Virus record (IMG/VR): IMGVR_UViG_3300028549_000477 | DNA length: 61,674 nucleotides | Source of the DNA: a virus | Direction: 5' to 3' (one strand) | Part shown: positions 8,927 through 20,294 of the stretch, piece by piece | Layout: each line of letters opens with the position of its first letter | Position numbering within the stretch: the first letter of the stretch is position 1 | Position numbers and translations under genes: made by a program | The notes under the pieces: model-generated | Seen by the model: the letters and a program-made list of their open reading frames with translations, nothing else | What the model was told of the DNA's origin: nothing | The model's database searches: none

Positions 8927-11900
8927 TCTTCGACACCTACGGCTCTTCGAATTTCCCGGTGGACCTTCAAAGCATCTCCAACGGGGGCGATGCTACCGAA
9001 GAGTCCGTGGTGAAGCTGACCTACCTCAACGGGACCACAGACGACATCTTCTTCGGTACCCGGCGGCAGGTCTCGGGGTCGTGGCAGATCACCGAGATTT
9101 CCCAGCTAGAGTTCCCGACCATTTATCAATGGCTGCTTGAAACCCTAGGCCAAGAAATCGTCATCACTCAGAAAGCCGGGGAGTACCTGTTCGGGCCAGC
9201 GTTCGCCGAAGAGAAGCTGACCATCCAACTGAAGGAAGTCAAGCCGGTAGGCGAAGTGGCGTGGACCCCCGAGCGCGGGCTCAACAACATCGAGATCACT
9301 GCCATTCTTCTGAAGAATGGTGACGAGGAAATCAATATCGGTTCCGCCACCTCCTACAACTTCCTCGTCGAAGTCTCGGTGAACGCCATCTCGGTTGATT
9401 TGGGAGAATATACCCTGCTTTCAGATCTGGAGGCCATCGCTGCCGCCCCGGAAGAAGGGACCACCGCCGTCGTGCGCCAGTGGGTTCCGGGCGAACTCAG
9501 CCGGGCGCTGGTGATGTTCAAGGATGGTGCATGGGAGCGCATTCCGCACCTCAAGGAAAACGATGTCACCTTCTTCGATCCGTTCTTCTCCACAGAGCCG
9601 AAAGAAATCTCGGGCATCCGAAATGGGGACACTAGGACCCGCGAAGGGACATTCGACTACCAAGTCTTCAGCACCGAGTCAGCAGGACAAGGAGAGTGGG
9701 TCAACACGGATTACCCATTCATCGGGCGCTATGTCCCTGTCGTGGCCAATGTCGCTGAGTTGAACCTGCGAGGGGGACTGTTCTATTACGCCTCATTCTC
9801 GGACACCTCCGTAGCTGGCTGGCAGCCGATCAACAACACTCCAGCCTCCTACAAGGCTGGAATTATCGCGAAGAATGGTGTGGGGTTCCCCAGCTTCGAC
9901 ACCTCCATCGAGAACGGCCCTTGCGTCGAAAAGCTGACCGGGTTCTCGGTACGGCTGGACAACTCCAATCGCTTCCATTGGAAGACGATGGGGTTCAACT
10001 TCTTCGGGGCTCGGGTGAAGCTCTACATTCTGGACAACACGAGCGGCACCCCTCAGAAAGTCTTGATCCGTAGCGGCATCAACAAGACCAACTCGCTCGA
10101 CTTCTCCAACTACTCCTTCGATGTGGAGCCCGAACTCTACTACCGAGCAACCGAAACCATTCCTGTTACCTTAGTCGCGGGCAGCGACACGATTGGTTTG
10201 CATGACGACGAAAATTCCAATGTCAAGGTCCCCTTGACCTATGGGATGCACCCTAACGCCAAGCTGATCCCCACGGTCGCCAACCAGTCCTACTTGAGCG
10301 TGACGACTGTTGAAGGGCGTGATGAACCCATCGACACCTTCAATGTTGGTAGGATCAAAGACCTTGCCGACATCGAAGGCTTGGCCGTGGTCAGAATGGC
10401 GCTGATAAATGACGCGCAATCTGGGCCTGGCTCATTTTGCTTGTACCAAGAAGAAGGGATGAGCAAACAGACTTCCTTCGTGCGCAAGCTCTACCACGAG
10501 GGGGTGGACTGGTTCGTCAAGTTCAATGGGTATTCCGAGCTAGTTCCTGTGCTTTCGGAAGAACCCGATGACTTGCGGGTCGAGGGATCAAGACCGACCG
10601 ACTGGGACAACTCTGCCGAGTATCCGCTGGCCGTAATGGTAGACAAGCTGCCTGCCACCCCAGAAGAGCTTCTGGGGGTAGGGTGCCGCATCGTCCAAAT
10701 CAGCGTAGAGTTCGTAATCGATGATCGCGTGTGCCAAGGGTTCGGCCCCAATGAGAACTCCCCCCAAGTCTCTATTTGGCTCGACGACTTCGAAGAGTTC
10801 CAACCTCTTCCCAGAGGAATGTTCGTTCCCCTTGAGTGGAGAAACGGCATCAAGCTCAGAGTCGATCCTGCTTACTGTGAGATGGACGATTTCAACTCGC
10901 TCATTGTCTACAGTCGCTATGAGACCGGGTTCGTTGAAGGTACGGCCTACACCGGCAAGACCGCGAACCAAAAGGTTGATCTAGCCCGCGACCTAATCGC
11001 AAGCTACATCGACAAGACCAAGCACATCGGAAGTTACCTGTCCTCGGACACAGTGCTCCATGTCCCAGTATTTTATGCTGGTGTAGTTCCTACTGATCCG
11101 GACGATCCCATCGTCTACAAGGAAGTCTACCCGGTGCAAAGTGCCAGCGAAGGATCGCTGGACACTCTCGCTGCTGCCAACGCCATCTCGCAGGACCAGA
11201 GGATGTGGTGGAGAAGGGCCAAGAATGCAAACAGCGTCGTGAACTACCAGAACGACACTGGTCCTCGTCCATTCTATCCCACCCTGTTCTGGTCTAGGTA
11301 TTTACTTAGCAACTGCGAGAAGTTGGTTCACAACGGGATCTACACTCCTTGGCAGTATGCCCAAATCGTCGATACCTCCACCGGGAAGATCGACCCGACC
11401 AAGCTCGCGAAGAAGGTGACGGGCGGGTGCGGCAGCTCCATCACTATTATGAATGCTGGGGCAGAAGTAGGGACAGAGAACCCGGTAGGGGCGCTTTACT
11501 TCCCCATCTCCTCAGAGATACACAACGCGATGAAGGGAGCATCCGAGGTCCGGGTCCTCGGCGGCTTCATGTTCCAATTGTTCTTCCGCCAAGAGCCCGC
11601 CTACAACTACGGGAAGGTTGCCAGCACTGATGATGGCTATCTGCAACTGTCCTACAACTTCCCGGTGACTGTAACTCTTACGCTGGTTCATAAATCTGAT
11701 CCTGCTTTGAATGTTACCTTCCACAAAAGCCTGCACGACATCGCTGCCGCGGCCTCTGCCGGAGATGCAGCTGCGTGGATCACCCCACATATCTTCAACA
11801 ACCTGCCCGGCTCTCTGAAGGGTGGAAATGACCGTTTCTATAACTTCGGTAACACCGTCAGCGGCGAAGGTGATGTCAATACTGCGATGCTTTGGAACGA

Positions 11901-13476
11901 TCTGACTGAGGATGGCATAGCTATTCCGTTCGGTGTTCCTAATAACGACTCGGTGGCTAACCGTTTGTACAAGAACAATAGCTATGATGTAGTTCATCTG
12001 TCCAACGGGTTCTTCCAGTGGGCGGGGGTTGACCTGTGGGACCCTATCCCAGACTACTTGTTCGATGAAGGACAAGGATACGAGTTCGCGAACTACCGTG
12101 GCTTGCAGATTACCATCATGCCGCGCAGAGACACGATGGCAAGCAATGGGTCAATGGCAGCCACCCCCGAGGCGATTGCCACGATTGGTTCGGACTGCAT
12201 CAACGGTGCCGTGGACTCCATCTTCTTCCAGAGAAAGACGGAGCTATCAATCACCGACACTGATTACTTCATCGAAGTAAAGGGCCGCAACGATCACCTC
12301 TATTACGAGAACACGAGTGCGGTGAACACCCCATACCAAACTCCTGTCTCCATTCTGAAGGATGCTGCTACTCAGATCGGCATCCGGAAGGTGAGCGGTG
12401 AAATCCAGAGCGTCGACAACTACAACACCAAGTTGCAGATTTCCGACGACACCACGATGGAAGAAGTCATTGATACCTGCGCTCGGCACGCTTGGGCCGT
12501 GGCGGCCATCAATGAGACTGACGGCGTGGTGCTGAAGTCCATCGACTACGAAGACTACGGGGAAGGGGACATCAAGTTCTCGTTCAACGAGTCGAATGTC
12601 ATCAAGGAAGAAAGCCTTGAGGTGAAGTACCGGAACTACGAGGAGATCACTCGCGACTTCACCTTCAAGTATCATTTCAACGAAGCTAACGGTGAGCTGA
12701 TGAAAGAGCTTACCGTGAAATTCGTTGATGGTCAAGTGGTAGTAGAGGGCCTCAAGATCGGGGACACGAACAACTACCTCTACAACTTGAAGGCATCTTT
12801 GAAGCACGCATTGGAGACGGACTACCAAGCCCTCTTTGCGCGCAGCAAGACCTACTACGACTCGGGCAAGGACAATGCCAGAACCGTAGAGTTCAAGATG
12901 GCTTCCGATTTCGATGCCCGCATCTTGGACACCACGGTCTACACCTCCTCCGAAGCGGCGTGGCGCGGCCAGCCCGTGACAACTCTCGTCTCTCTCATCA
13001 GAAAGGCACTCCAGTTCTACCTCTTCAACTCGTGGACCGTCTCGTTCAAGACCCACATGAAGTATTTCGTGGGTACCGAGACTAACAATGGAAGCCAGGG
13101 GCGCCTGCAAGTAGGGGATTACATCGAACTGACCACTTGGTTCCATGCCGACAACAACCCCATCCGTGGGTTCGTCAAGGCGCTCAGCCCGCAGCCCTAC
13201 GATGGCTTGGTAGAAGTCACCTTGTTCTGCCCGGTGCCTCCCGATGTCTATGCTGTCTTCTACGACCCGATTTGGGATGGTAAAATCATCACGGAGAGCT
13301 ATTCGACGGACGACTATCGCATCGATCCGTTGAACCGCTACCCCTTCAAGGGGGCCACAGCGGGGGCCGGGGAGTTCCCAGATGGTGAAGTGATCCTGCC
13401 CCCCTATGACGCTTCTGAAGCTACATTTAGTGACGGCTCCTATCCGGATGCCGAAGACCCCAATGAACCGTTCTGA
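8923..13476 (+). CDS. Large tail tip/hub protein (Tal or gpJ-like by position)
   Basis: ATG 8923 overlaps the upstream stop (ATGA). 1517 aa. No motif was recognised; the call is positional. Confidence 0.55.
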   Translation: MIFDTYGSSNFPVDLQSISNGGDATEESVVKLTYLNGTTDDIFFGTRRQVSGSWQITEISQLEFPTIYQWLLETLGQEIVITQKAGEYLFGPAFAEEKLTIQLKEVKPVGEVAWTPERGLNNIEITAILLKNGDEEINIGSATSYNFLVEVSVNAISVDLGEYTLLSDLEAIAAAPEEGTTAVVRQWVPGELSRALVMFKDGAWERIPHLKENDVTFFDPFFSTEPKEISGIRNGDTRTREGTFDYQVFSTESAGQGEWVNTDYPFIGRYVPVVANVAELNLRGGLFYYASFSDTSVAGWQPINNTPASYKAGIIAKNGVGFPSFDTSIENGPCVEKLTGFSVRLDNSNRFHWKTMGFNFFGARVKLYILDNTSGTPQKVLIRSGINKTNSLDFSNYSFDVEPELYYRATETIPVTLVAGSDTIGLHDDENSNVKVPLTYGMHPNAKLIPTVANQSYLSVTTVEGRDEPIDTFNVGRIKDLADIEGLAVVRMALINDAQSGPGSFCLYQEEGMSKQTSFVRKLYHEGVDWFVKFNGYSELVPVLSEEPDDLRVEGSRPTDWDNSAEYPLAVMVDKLPATPEELLGVGCRIVQISVEFVIDDRVCQGFGPNENSPQVSIWLDDFEEFQPLPRGMFVPLEWRNGIKLRVDPAYCEMDDFNSLIVYSRYETGFVEGTAYTGKTANQKVDLARDLIASYIDKTKHIGSYLSSDTVLHVPVFYAGVVPTDPDDPIVYKEVYPVQSASEGSLDTLAAANAISQDQRMWWRRAKNANSVVNYQNDTGPRPFYPTLFWSRYLLSNCEKLVHNGIYTPWQYAQIVDTSTGKIDPTKLAKKVTGGCGSSITIMNAGAEVGTENPVGALYFPISSEIHNAMKGASEVRVLGGFMFQLFFRQEPAYNYGKVASTDDGYLQLSYNFPVTVTLTLVHKSDPALNVTFHKSLHDIAAAASAGDAAAWITPHIFNNLPGSLKGGNDRFYNFGNTVSGEGDVNTAMLWNDLTEDGIAIPFGVPNNDSVANRLYKNNSYDVVHLSNGFFQWAGVDLWDPIPDYLFDEGQGYEFANYRGLQITIMPRRDTMASNGSMAATPEAIATIGSDCINGAVDSIFFQRKTELSITDTDYFIEVKGRNDHLYYENTSAVNTPYQTPVSILKDAATQIGIRKVSGEIQSVDNYNTKLQISDDTTMEEVIDTCARHAWAVAAINETDGVVLKSIDYEDYGEGDIKFSFNESNVIKEESLEVKYRNYEEITRDFTFKYHFNEANGELMKELTVKFVDGQVVVEGLKIGDTNNYLYNLKASLKHALETDYQALFARSKTYYDSGKDNARTVEFKMASDFDARILDTTVYTSSEAAWRGQPVTTLVSLIRKALQFYLFNSWTVSFKTHMKYFVGTETNNGSQGRLQVGDYIELTTWFHADNNPIRGFVKALSPQPYDGLVEVTLFCPVPPDVYAVFYDPIWDGKIITESYSTDDYRIDPLNRYPFKGATAGAGEFPDGEVILPPYDASEATFSDGSYPDAEDPNEPF

Positions 13477-13487
13477 GGGACCTAGAA

Positions 13488-16400
13488 ATGGCCAAAATCC
13501 TCGTAAAACTAGCCCAAGCAGCCACCCGCGCCCTTGCTTCCTCCAAGCTGGGCAACCGAATGACTGCCATCGTGGAAGAGAACGGTGGGTCCCTTCTGGT
13601 GAAGAGCGAGTCCTCTCAGCTCTACGACATCCCCTCGCTCCAATGGCTCGCGCAGCAAGCCAACAATGCAGCCGAGCAGGTCGGCGTGCAGTGGACCGGG
13701 CAGGCCGACACGGTTCGCGATGCTCTGAATGAGCTGAAGGGCGACATTACGACCATCGCAGGGTCCCAGAGCCTCAACCCCAGAGGCCCGTGGGTCGCCG
13801 GGACGGACTATGCCCGTAACGACCTTGTGGAGTATGGTGGCGACGCCTATGTGTGCTACACGGCCTTGGAGGACTCCCAGACACCCCCCGACGCCGATGG
13901 GTCCCACTTCTACCTCTTCCTTGAGGGTGGAGTGGGCGCTGACTCGGTTGTGCTCATCGAGACCGAGGCCGAGGCCCTGGCCTTCTTGGCTTCCGCAGGC
14001 GTGCAGGCAGGCATGATTATCGGAGATGTCACCGTGAACATTCCGGTGGTGTCTATGGTTCCTGACCAGCTTGATCTCGCCGGGACCAAGGTGATCTACG
14101 GCGGGCGGCTGAAGTTCAACATCTTGAACCCATCTGTTACTGCTCGCTGGCGGTGGTCCCTTGCGGCCGGGACCAGTCTTACCTTCAGAAATGCTGGGGT
14201 ACAGACCAACTTCAGCTACTTGGAGGTTTACTCCGCGTCCCCCAGTGGTTGCTCGGTGTTCATCGAAAATCTGATGTACCAGACCCTTACCCTCAACTCC
14301 CTGTCGAATGCCGGCAGTGCGAATGTTGTGGTGAAGTACGGGCGCTTCATTGCCACATCAAACTCTGCCGCTACTCCTTGGTCTGGGCCAGACGCTTCCT
14401 TCGTGCATGACGATGGCGGCATCTTCGACCCTACCAAGAATAAGTTGCTGCGGGTCGATCCGGCCAGCCTCAAGCGAAGCAACCTCATCTCGAACCACTT
14501 TGAGTTGATTTCATTCTTGTATGAGTCCGACCCAAACCAGTTCGACTCTGCTGAAAAAGCGGTCGAAGGGTTCGTAGAACCCGGATGCTCTACCTGCCTG
14601 CTTGGTTACAAGGATGGAACCAACGCTTATGTCTACATGAAGAACCAAGGTAGCTCCAAGCGGATCATTGGAGACACCCTTCGGTTCCAGATTGAGACTG
14701 GTGGCGATGGCACTGTTCGCCCACTCAAGATTTCTGGAACAGAGCTTGAGTTCAAATGCGCGGTCGCCGTACAGGGTAATTCTGGAGTCGGTGTACCACC
14801 TACCATCATCATCGCCGACAACTCGGTTCGTCGGTTCGACAGGGTTATTGGCGCATCCTCAGTAACCAATTCCATCCAGAGGCACACCCTTCCTCTATCG
14901 TTCACCATACTGGACGGCGGTACAGTCGTCTACTCAGCAATTCTGAATGGCGAAGGGCCTTCCGGTTCCGATGTTTCTCCGAATGGGAACATCGTTCAGC
15001 CTGCCCTCACTTCTGGCTTGGCTCTTCGCATGAGCAAGGATGGTGGTCAAGCCGTCCAAACTCGGTTTGTGTGCGAAACAGCATTCGAATTCATCCAAGC
15101 TCTTGCAGCTCCTCTCGAAAAAAAGCTGATCGTCGTCTCGAAGAACGGAATGACAGTCTTCAGCGCCGATGTTGGTTTAGGCGAGGGGGTTTCGTGGTCT
15201 GCGGCGGTTTATGGCAACACCACCATCTTAGGTAGTGTGTTCATTGGATCGTACCCCGGCCAGACTATGACCTACGCAAAGGCTGTAGGAGCACCTTACG
15301 CCGGCATGGACTTCACGATGGACCCTACTGGCCTGTCTCTCACCACCCAACTGACATTGGATGGCGTGCAAATCAAGTGCCGTCGTCTTTCTCCCGCAGG
15401 TGTGGTGGCACTTAGCCTAGTGAATAGCGGCCAGCTCATTTACCAGTCGTTGTTCGCTGGCGGATCGGCCCCTGTCGGTGCTACGCAGCAATGGTGGTAC
15501 GACGCCCCCGGTGGTGGCGGCAGCGCCGACTTGAAGAATGCCATCTTCGTGAACGACCGGGCAACCTTGGAGGCCGCTCTTCAGCTCTCCACCCCAGCCA
15601 GCAAGTTGATTATCGCCACCGACTCTATCACCCTTCAGCTCAATGTCGCGAACATCGTAGGCAACAATGACATCATCGCTACCTACGGGCTCGCGATGGC
15701 TCCCAACATTTCGTTGACTAGCCCTTCTGTATCCACCATCAGGGTGTTCGGCGAGCTGAGACCGGAGAATGGGTTCTCGACAACCAATATCTCCATCTTC
15801 TCAGAGAAGTTGACTCCTGGCGGCCTTGGTGGCGTTTCTGTGAGTGCAACAAATGGTGTTGTGAAATACGAAGCCAATGATGCACCGACTAAGGCCATAA
15901 CAGGTGCAACCCAAGAATACTGGAATAACACGGCTGCCCCCTTCCTTCCTCCCGCTACATTCCGCGTAGTGGACTCCGATGCATCTTTCCGTGCTGCGAT
16001 GCTCGATCCTCTGGTAGAGAGCTGTTTCGTCAGCAAGAGCTTTACCAGTTCCGGCACCATCACGCAGGGTGGGCAGCACAAGCACTTCCTCGGCGAGAAT
16101 GTGAACTTCTCCGGTCCCATCGTACTGAACTACACCGCCAGCGGGCTCGGTACCCTTTCGTTCCATTCCGTCGTCAACTTCGGCGGATCGAACACCTTCA
16201 CGCTGGAGAATGGCGCGAACCTCAACTCGTTCCTGTTGCAGATCAGCAAGGTCTATGGAACCAACACGACGACCTTCGTTGGCGACACCACGGTCGGTGA
16301 AGAAAGCCTCTTGAATGTAGAGTGGGAGACCAACTACCCCGGCACGAACCCCACGCTCGTAGCAGGCACGCAGGCAGCCATTACCAAGAAATTCTGGGAC

Positions 16401-19400
16401 GATGCCAGCGGCGACTACCGTGTGGCTGCTGATGGCGCTGACGCCTCCCCCAGCACGCTTGTGGACAAAATCTGTGATGCCGCCGATCAACCGTTCCCCG
16501 TCGCAGTGGTCGGCGGTGTGCGCAAGGTGAAGGTCACAGGCTCCAACTGGGAGACGAAGACTCTTGATGGAGAGGCAACCGTCTTCCATCAGAAAGTCAA
16601 CCACAAGACCACATTCATCGGTGCCGATGGCGATTACGATACCGAAGACTCTGGTAAGCTGGTGGTTGCCCCTAACCCGACTGGGCTTGACGACATCACA
16701 GTTTCGGGCTCGCAGAGTGCCGAAGCCGATGGGGTCTATGTCTTCGGCGGCTATGATACCGTTGGTGGTGTGCAGTACCCCTACTGGTACAACGCTGCCA
16801 AGGGTACTTACATCACCCATTCCAGTGTCAGCACCGCTCCGTGGTACTGCATCTACACCAGCCGCGTGCCGGTGTACTTCAATGCTTGGTACACGAACTA
16901 TGCCGATGAGCAGCAGCCGGTAGGGACTTTCACTGGCAACAACACTCGCGCATTCTTCTTCCCCACTGCGGTGCAGGAAGGAGTATCAAGTGGTCGGTCG
17001 ATCCGTGGGTTTGGCCTGTCGGTGTTCGACTCCATTCAAGCCCTGTACAAGATGCTCGTAAAGCAGATCATTCCAGAGGGTGTGACCGACGCAGAAGAGG
17101 CGGCTCTTCCGTGGATTGAAGGGGCCAAGCACTACAACGCCGAGTCACATACATGGGTTACTGATGGTCTTGAAGATGGCTCGTCCAACAAGGACGGGCA
17201 AGAGCTTTGGTGCATTGCAATCAACGGCGATACCTTTGCTCACACGGACGGCATGGTCGTCTATATGTCTGGTTGGCAGGGCGACAAGCCCATTGTCAAG
17301 AAGGCCACTAACACTGCACTTGAGCAGGTGGATGCCGTACTTGGTATGTGTACAAACCACATGGTTGTTGCAGGCGGCCTCGGTCAGTACACCCGCCAAG
17401 GCGAAGTGAATAGCATCAACACAACAGGGCTTGCCAACCACCTCCCTGTCTACCTTGCTACTGGCACTCCGAACTGGACCACAACCAAGCCTGCATCGAA
17501 CTCGTCTAATTATATCCGGGCAATCGGGATGATCGCCAAGGGTAACTCGGCGAATGGTTCCATCGCGTTCTGCCCCAAGGCGTCCTATCGCATCTCTGAT
17601 ATGGACGACTACACCGAAGCCGTGATGGAGGCCGTCGGAACAGAGACCAAGGACCCTACCGGGTTCGACGACTCAGAGTTCCCGCTTACGATGCAGGAAG
17701 TGGTCGACATGGACTTCAATGTCGGCACATCTACCTTCACCATCACACCGAAGATCGCTGTTCCGGCATATCACTACTGGAACCGTGGGCAGAAGGTAGA
17801 GGTATCTGTCGCAAAAACTATCCTATGCCCCTTCGCAACAAGCCGCTTCTGGTGGATCGTCTGGGATGGAGCTACCGGGAACCTAAAGGCGTTCAACTCG
17901 TTGCCCGATGGGGTTTATACCATCATCAGAGACAACGCCTTCGTGGCCGAGCTGGTTTGGGACATGGCTGGCACTCGTCTCATCAAGGCCAGCTTTGAGG
18001 CCCACGGCTCTAGCTTGAGCTGGATGGAGCATCTTCGCGTTCATACTGTGGACAACACCCAGTATGAAAGCGGCGGCTTAGTGACTGCCGTAAACAACAC
18101 GAAGGAACTTGGAATTGAGTCTGTCACCATCTGGGATGATGATCTCAAGTGGGTGACGGCTTCGATCACGCAGGCAGCTACCAACTCCATCAGCACCATC
18201 TGGCGCTCTGGTCCTACAAGCTGGGATGGCAACAAGTCCATCAGCGGTGTCGCTGTAGGACCCAATGGTCGTCCCCTCCGCAACTACAATGCAGGTGGAG
18301 GAAACTGGGCTACTTCGGAAATCGACGCGAACCAATGGGTGAATGTCCATGTGTTCGCTTCTCCCGACTTCCTCGACAATGAAATCTTCACTGTCATGGG
18401 GCAAGAGTTCTATACCTCCATCTCCACGGCTCGTGAAGGCATCGAGACTGAGATGCTTCAGTTGGCGACCTCGGGGTTGCCTTGGCCCGAGTACAAGGCT
18501 CTTGCGAGCCTATGTGTGGATGCTGACGCATTTAGCTGGCACTTCACCCCTGTCAACCTCGCTGGAGCGATGATTATCGACTGGCGCGACACGGCTGCCG
18601 GGCGTGCGGTAACTGCTACGGTGACTGACCACGGGGCGTTGACTGGCCTTGCTGATGATGACCATACCCAATACCTTCTAGCTGATGGTACCCGCAATGC
18701 CCCCAATGGGCTCTCAATGCACGGATTTAGGCCTGGCCGACAGGTTATCACCGCCGCCGCCTACACCATTAGCAAAGAGAAAGATTGCGTGGTGATGGCT
18801 GGTGGATCGGTAGCCCAAACATTTACGCTACCCCTCGCACTGGAAACCGATATAACCTATAATTCGTTCTTTATCATCACTAACCTAAACGCCAACGGGC
18901 TCACTATCCAAAGGAGTGGGGCCGATGGCATTAGGCACAATAGTGCTAGCACCTCTACCCTGGTAGTGCCCAACTATGCCACGGTGATGCTCTACGGCGA
19001 TGGGGTGGCCACCTGGAGAATGGCCCAGCTCAGTGACCTTTACAACAAACTAGCGGCTAAGACCAGTTTCGTGGCCGCTGATATGTTCATGTTGGAAGAC
19101 TCGGCCAACTCCAACATCAAGAAGCAAATCACTGGGCAGAACTTAGCGAACAATGTTGCAAGTGTAATGTCTGCTAATACGCTAGCACTAAGTAAGCTAG
19201 TCAATACAGCAGCAGCAGGACTTTCAGTTCTTGGCAAGTCGGCAGCGGGAGCTGGCGCACGCGCAGACATCCTTGCTTCTGCCACAACGCAGATGGGCGG
19301 TCCGCTGATGTTGCGGCAACCGGGAGGGACTAATACAGTCAAGTTCGCCGACGACTTCTTCGTGGTCAGCACATCGGCTGAGTTCCTTGCAGCTTGCTTG

Positions 19401-20294
19401 ACTACGGTGACTGGGTGCGACATCTTCGTAGCCCAACAGTTCACCCTGTCTACCTCGATTACACCTATCGTCGCTAACAAGCGCATTCGTGTGTTCGGTC
19501 AGCCGATCATCATCGGAGACAATGCGTGGAACTGGAATGGAACGACAACTCTAGGCATCATCTTCTTCTACAATCCGGTCTTGATGACTCTGACTGCTGA
19601 CAGGGCTATCGGCCTGTCGCTGCTGAATGTCTACTTCAAGTGGTTGACCATTAGTGGTGCGTTCACGCTCAGCTTCAACACCAGCAATGGTTCGTTGGTC
19701 TACTACGAGAAGCTGACCTCCACGAACCCGCTTGGCGGCACTGCCGTGAATGCGAAGGAGTATTGGGATAACACGCTAGGGCAAGCGAACTCCATCGACG
19801 GGACCATGATCGCTCTCTCCTCAGAAGTGGCCGGTGATGTGATGTACTTCAACGGCACCGACTGGGTGAGACTGGCCAAGGGAACAGCAGGGCAGGTGCT
19901 CACGATGAACACCGGTGCCACCGCTCCTGAATGGAAAACTCCTTCTAGCGGTGGAAGCGGCGGCATCCTATACCAAGCGTTCCGTGACGGCGCTGCATCT
20001 GCTAACAATGAAATCGGCGCGAACCAAGCAGGAACGAGCGCAGCACCCATTCGCATCCACAAAGCAGGAACCATCTCAGAGATGTCCTGGGGCATGGATA
20101 GCGGTGCTGGCTCGCACAACTTCCAGTATCAGATCAATGGCGGCACTTGGACTACAGCAGCCGCCATCTCCGGTGGAAGTCAGACAAGCGGGCTTATTAC
20201 TGGACTTAGTGTGAGTGTGGCCGCAGGCGACACGATCAAGTTCTGCTTCTCGGATTGGTACAACGGAGGCTACGCGGCAGCGTATGTCTCATAA
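13488..20294 (+). CDS. Giant tail fibre / host-recognition protein
   Basis: 2268 aa with RBS GAGGGA. Fibre-type motifs are DDDHTQYLLADGTR and GDVMYFNGTDWVRLAKGTAGQVLT. The protein contains several paralogous modules. Confidence 0.7.
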   Translation: MAKILVKLAQAATRALASSKLGNRMTAIVEENGGSLLVKSESSQLYDIPSLQWLAQQANNAAEQVGVQWTGQADTVRDALNELKGDITTIAGSQSLNPRGPWVAGTDYARNDLVEYGGDAYVCYTALEDSQTPPDADGSHFYLFLEGGVGADSVVLIETEAEALAFLASAGVQAGMIIGDVTVNIPVVSMVPDQLDLAGTKVIYGGRLKFNILNPSVTARWRWSLAAGTSLTFRNAGVQTNFSYLEVYSASPSGCSVFIENLMYQTLTLNSLSNAGSANVVVKYGRFIATSNSAATPWSGPDASFVHDDGGIFDPTKNKLLRVDPASLKRSNLISNHFELISFLYESDPNQFDSAEKAVEGFVEPGCSTCLLGYKDGTNAYVYMKNQGSSKRIIGDTLRFQIETGGDGTVRPLKISGTELEFKCAVAVQGNSGVGVPPTIIIADNSVRRFDRVIGASSVTNSIQRHTLPLSFTILDGGTVVYSAILNGEGPSGSDVSPNGNIVQPALTSGLALRMSKDGGQAVQTRFVCETAFEFIQALAAPLEKKLIVVSKNGMTVFSADVGLGEGVSWSAAVYGNTTILGSVFIGSYPGQTMTYAKAVGAPYAGMDFTMDPTGLSLTTQLTLDGVQIKCRRLSPAGVVALSLVNSGQLIYQSLFAGGSAPVGATQQWWYDAPGGGGSADLKNAIFVNDRATLEAALQLSTPASKLIIATDSITLQLNVANIVGNNDIIATYGLAMAPNISLTSPSVSTIRVFGELRPENGFSTTNISIFSEKLTPGGLGGVSVSATNGVVKYEANDAPTKAITGATQEYWNNTAAPFLPPATFRVVDSDASFRAAMLDPLVESCFVSKSFTSSGTITQGGQHKHFLGENVNFSGPIVLNYTASGLGTLSFHSVVNFGGSNTFTLENGANLNSFLLQISKVYGTNTTTFVGDTTVGEESLLNVEWETNYPGTNPTLVAGTQAAITKKFWDDASGDYRVAADGADASPSTLVDKICDAADQPFPVAVVGGVRKVKVTGSNWETKTLDGEATVFHQKVNHKTTFIGADGDYDTEDSGKLVVAPNPTGLDDITVSGSQSAEADGVYVFGGYDTVGGVQYPYWYNAAKGTYITHSSVSTAPWYCIYTSRVPVYFNAWYTNYADEQQPVGTFTGNNTRAFFFPTAVQEGVSSGRSIRGFGLSVFDSIQALYKMLVKQIIPEGVTDAEEAALPWIEGAKHYNAESHTWVTDGLEDGSSNKDGQELWCIAINGDTFAHTDGMVVYMSGWQGDKPIVKKATNTALEQVDAVLGMCTNHMVVAGGLGQYTRQGEVNSINTTGLANHLPVYLATGTPNWTTTKPASNSSNYIRAIGMIAKGNSANGSIAFCPKASYRISDMDDYTEAVMEAVGTETKDPTGFDDSEFPLTMQEVVDMDFNVGTSTFTITPKIAVPAYHYWNRGQKVEVSVAKTILCPFATSRFWWIVWDGATGNLKAFNSLPDGVYTIIRDNAFVAELVWDMAGTRLIKASFEAHGSSLSWMEHLRVHTVDNTQYESGGLVTAVNNTKELGIESVTIWDDDLKWVTASITQAATNSISTIWRSGPTSWDGNKSISGVAVGPNGRPLRNYNAGGGNWATSEIDANQWVNVHVFASPDFLDNEIFTVMGQEFYTSISTAREGIETEMLQLATSGLPWPEYKALASLCVDADAFSWHFTPVNLAGAMIIDWRDTAAGRAVTATVTDHGALTGLADDDHTQYLLADGTRNAPNGLSMHGFRPGRQVITAAAYTISKEKDCVVMAGGSVAQTFTLPLALETDITYNSFFIITNLNANGLTIQRSGADGIRHNSASTSTLVVPNYATVMLYGDGVATWRMAQLSDLYNKLAAKTSFVAADMFMLEDSANSNIKKQITGQNLANNVASVMSANTLALSKLVNTAAAGLSVLGKSAAGAGARADILASATTQMGGPLMLRQPGGTNTVKFADDFFVVSTSAEFLAACLTTVTGCDIFVAQQFTLSTSITPIVANKRIRVFGQPIIIGDNAWNWNGTTTLGIIFFYNPVLMTLTADRAIGLSLLNVYFKWLTISGAFTLSFNTSNGSLVYYEKLTSTNPLGGTAVNAKEYWDNTLGQANSIDGTMIALSSEVAGDVMYFNGTDWVRLAKGTAGQVLTMNTGATAPEWKTPSSGGSGGILYQAFRDGAASANNEIGANQAGTSAAPIRIHKAGTISEMSWGMDSGAGSHNFQYQINGGTWTTAAAISGGSQTSGLITGLSVSVAAGDTIKFCFSDWYNGGYAAAYVS

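Noticed and set aside
13488-20294. A diversity-generating retroelement targeting the fibre gene.
   Set aside because: No reverse transcriptase ORF exists anywhere in the window. I saw no template/variable repeat pair with adenine-specific differences. The internal fibre repeats are diverged protein modules.
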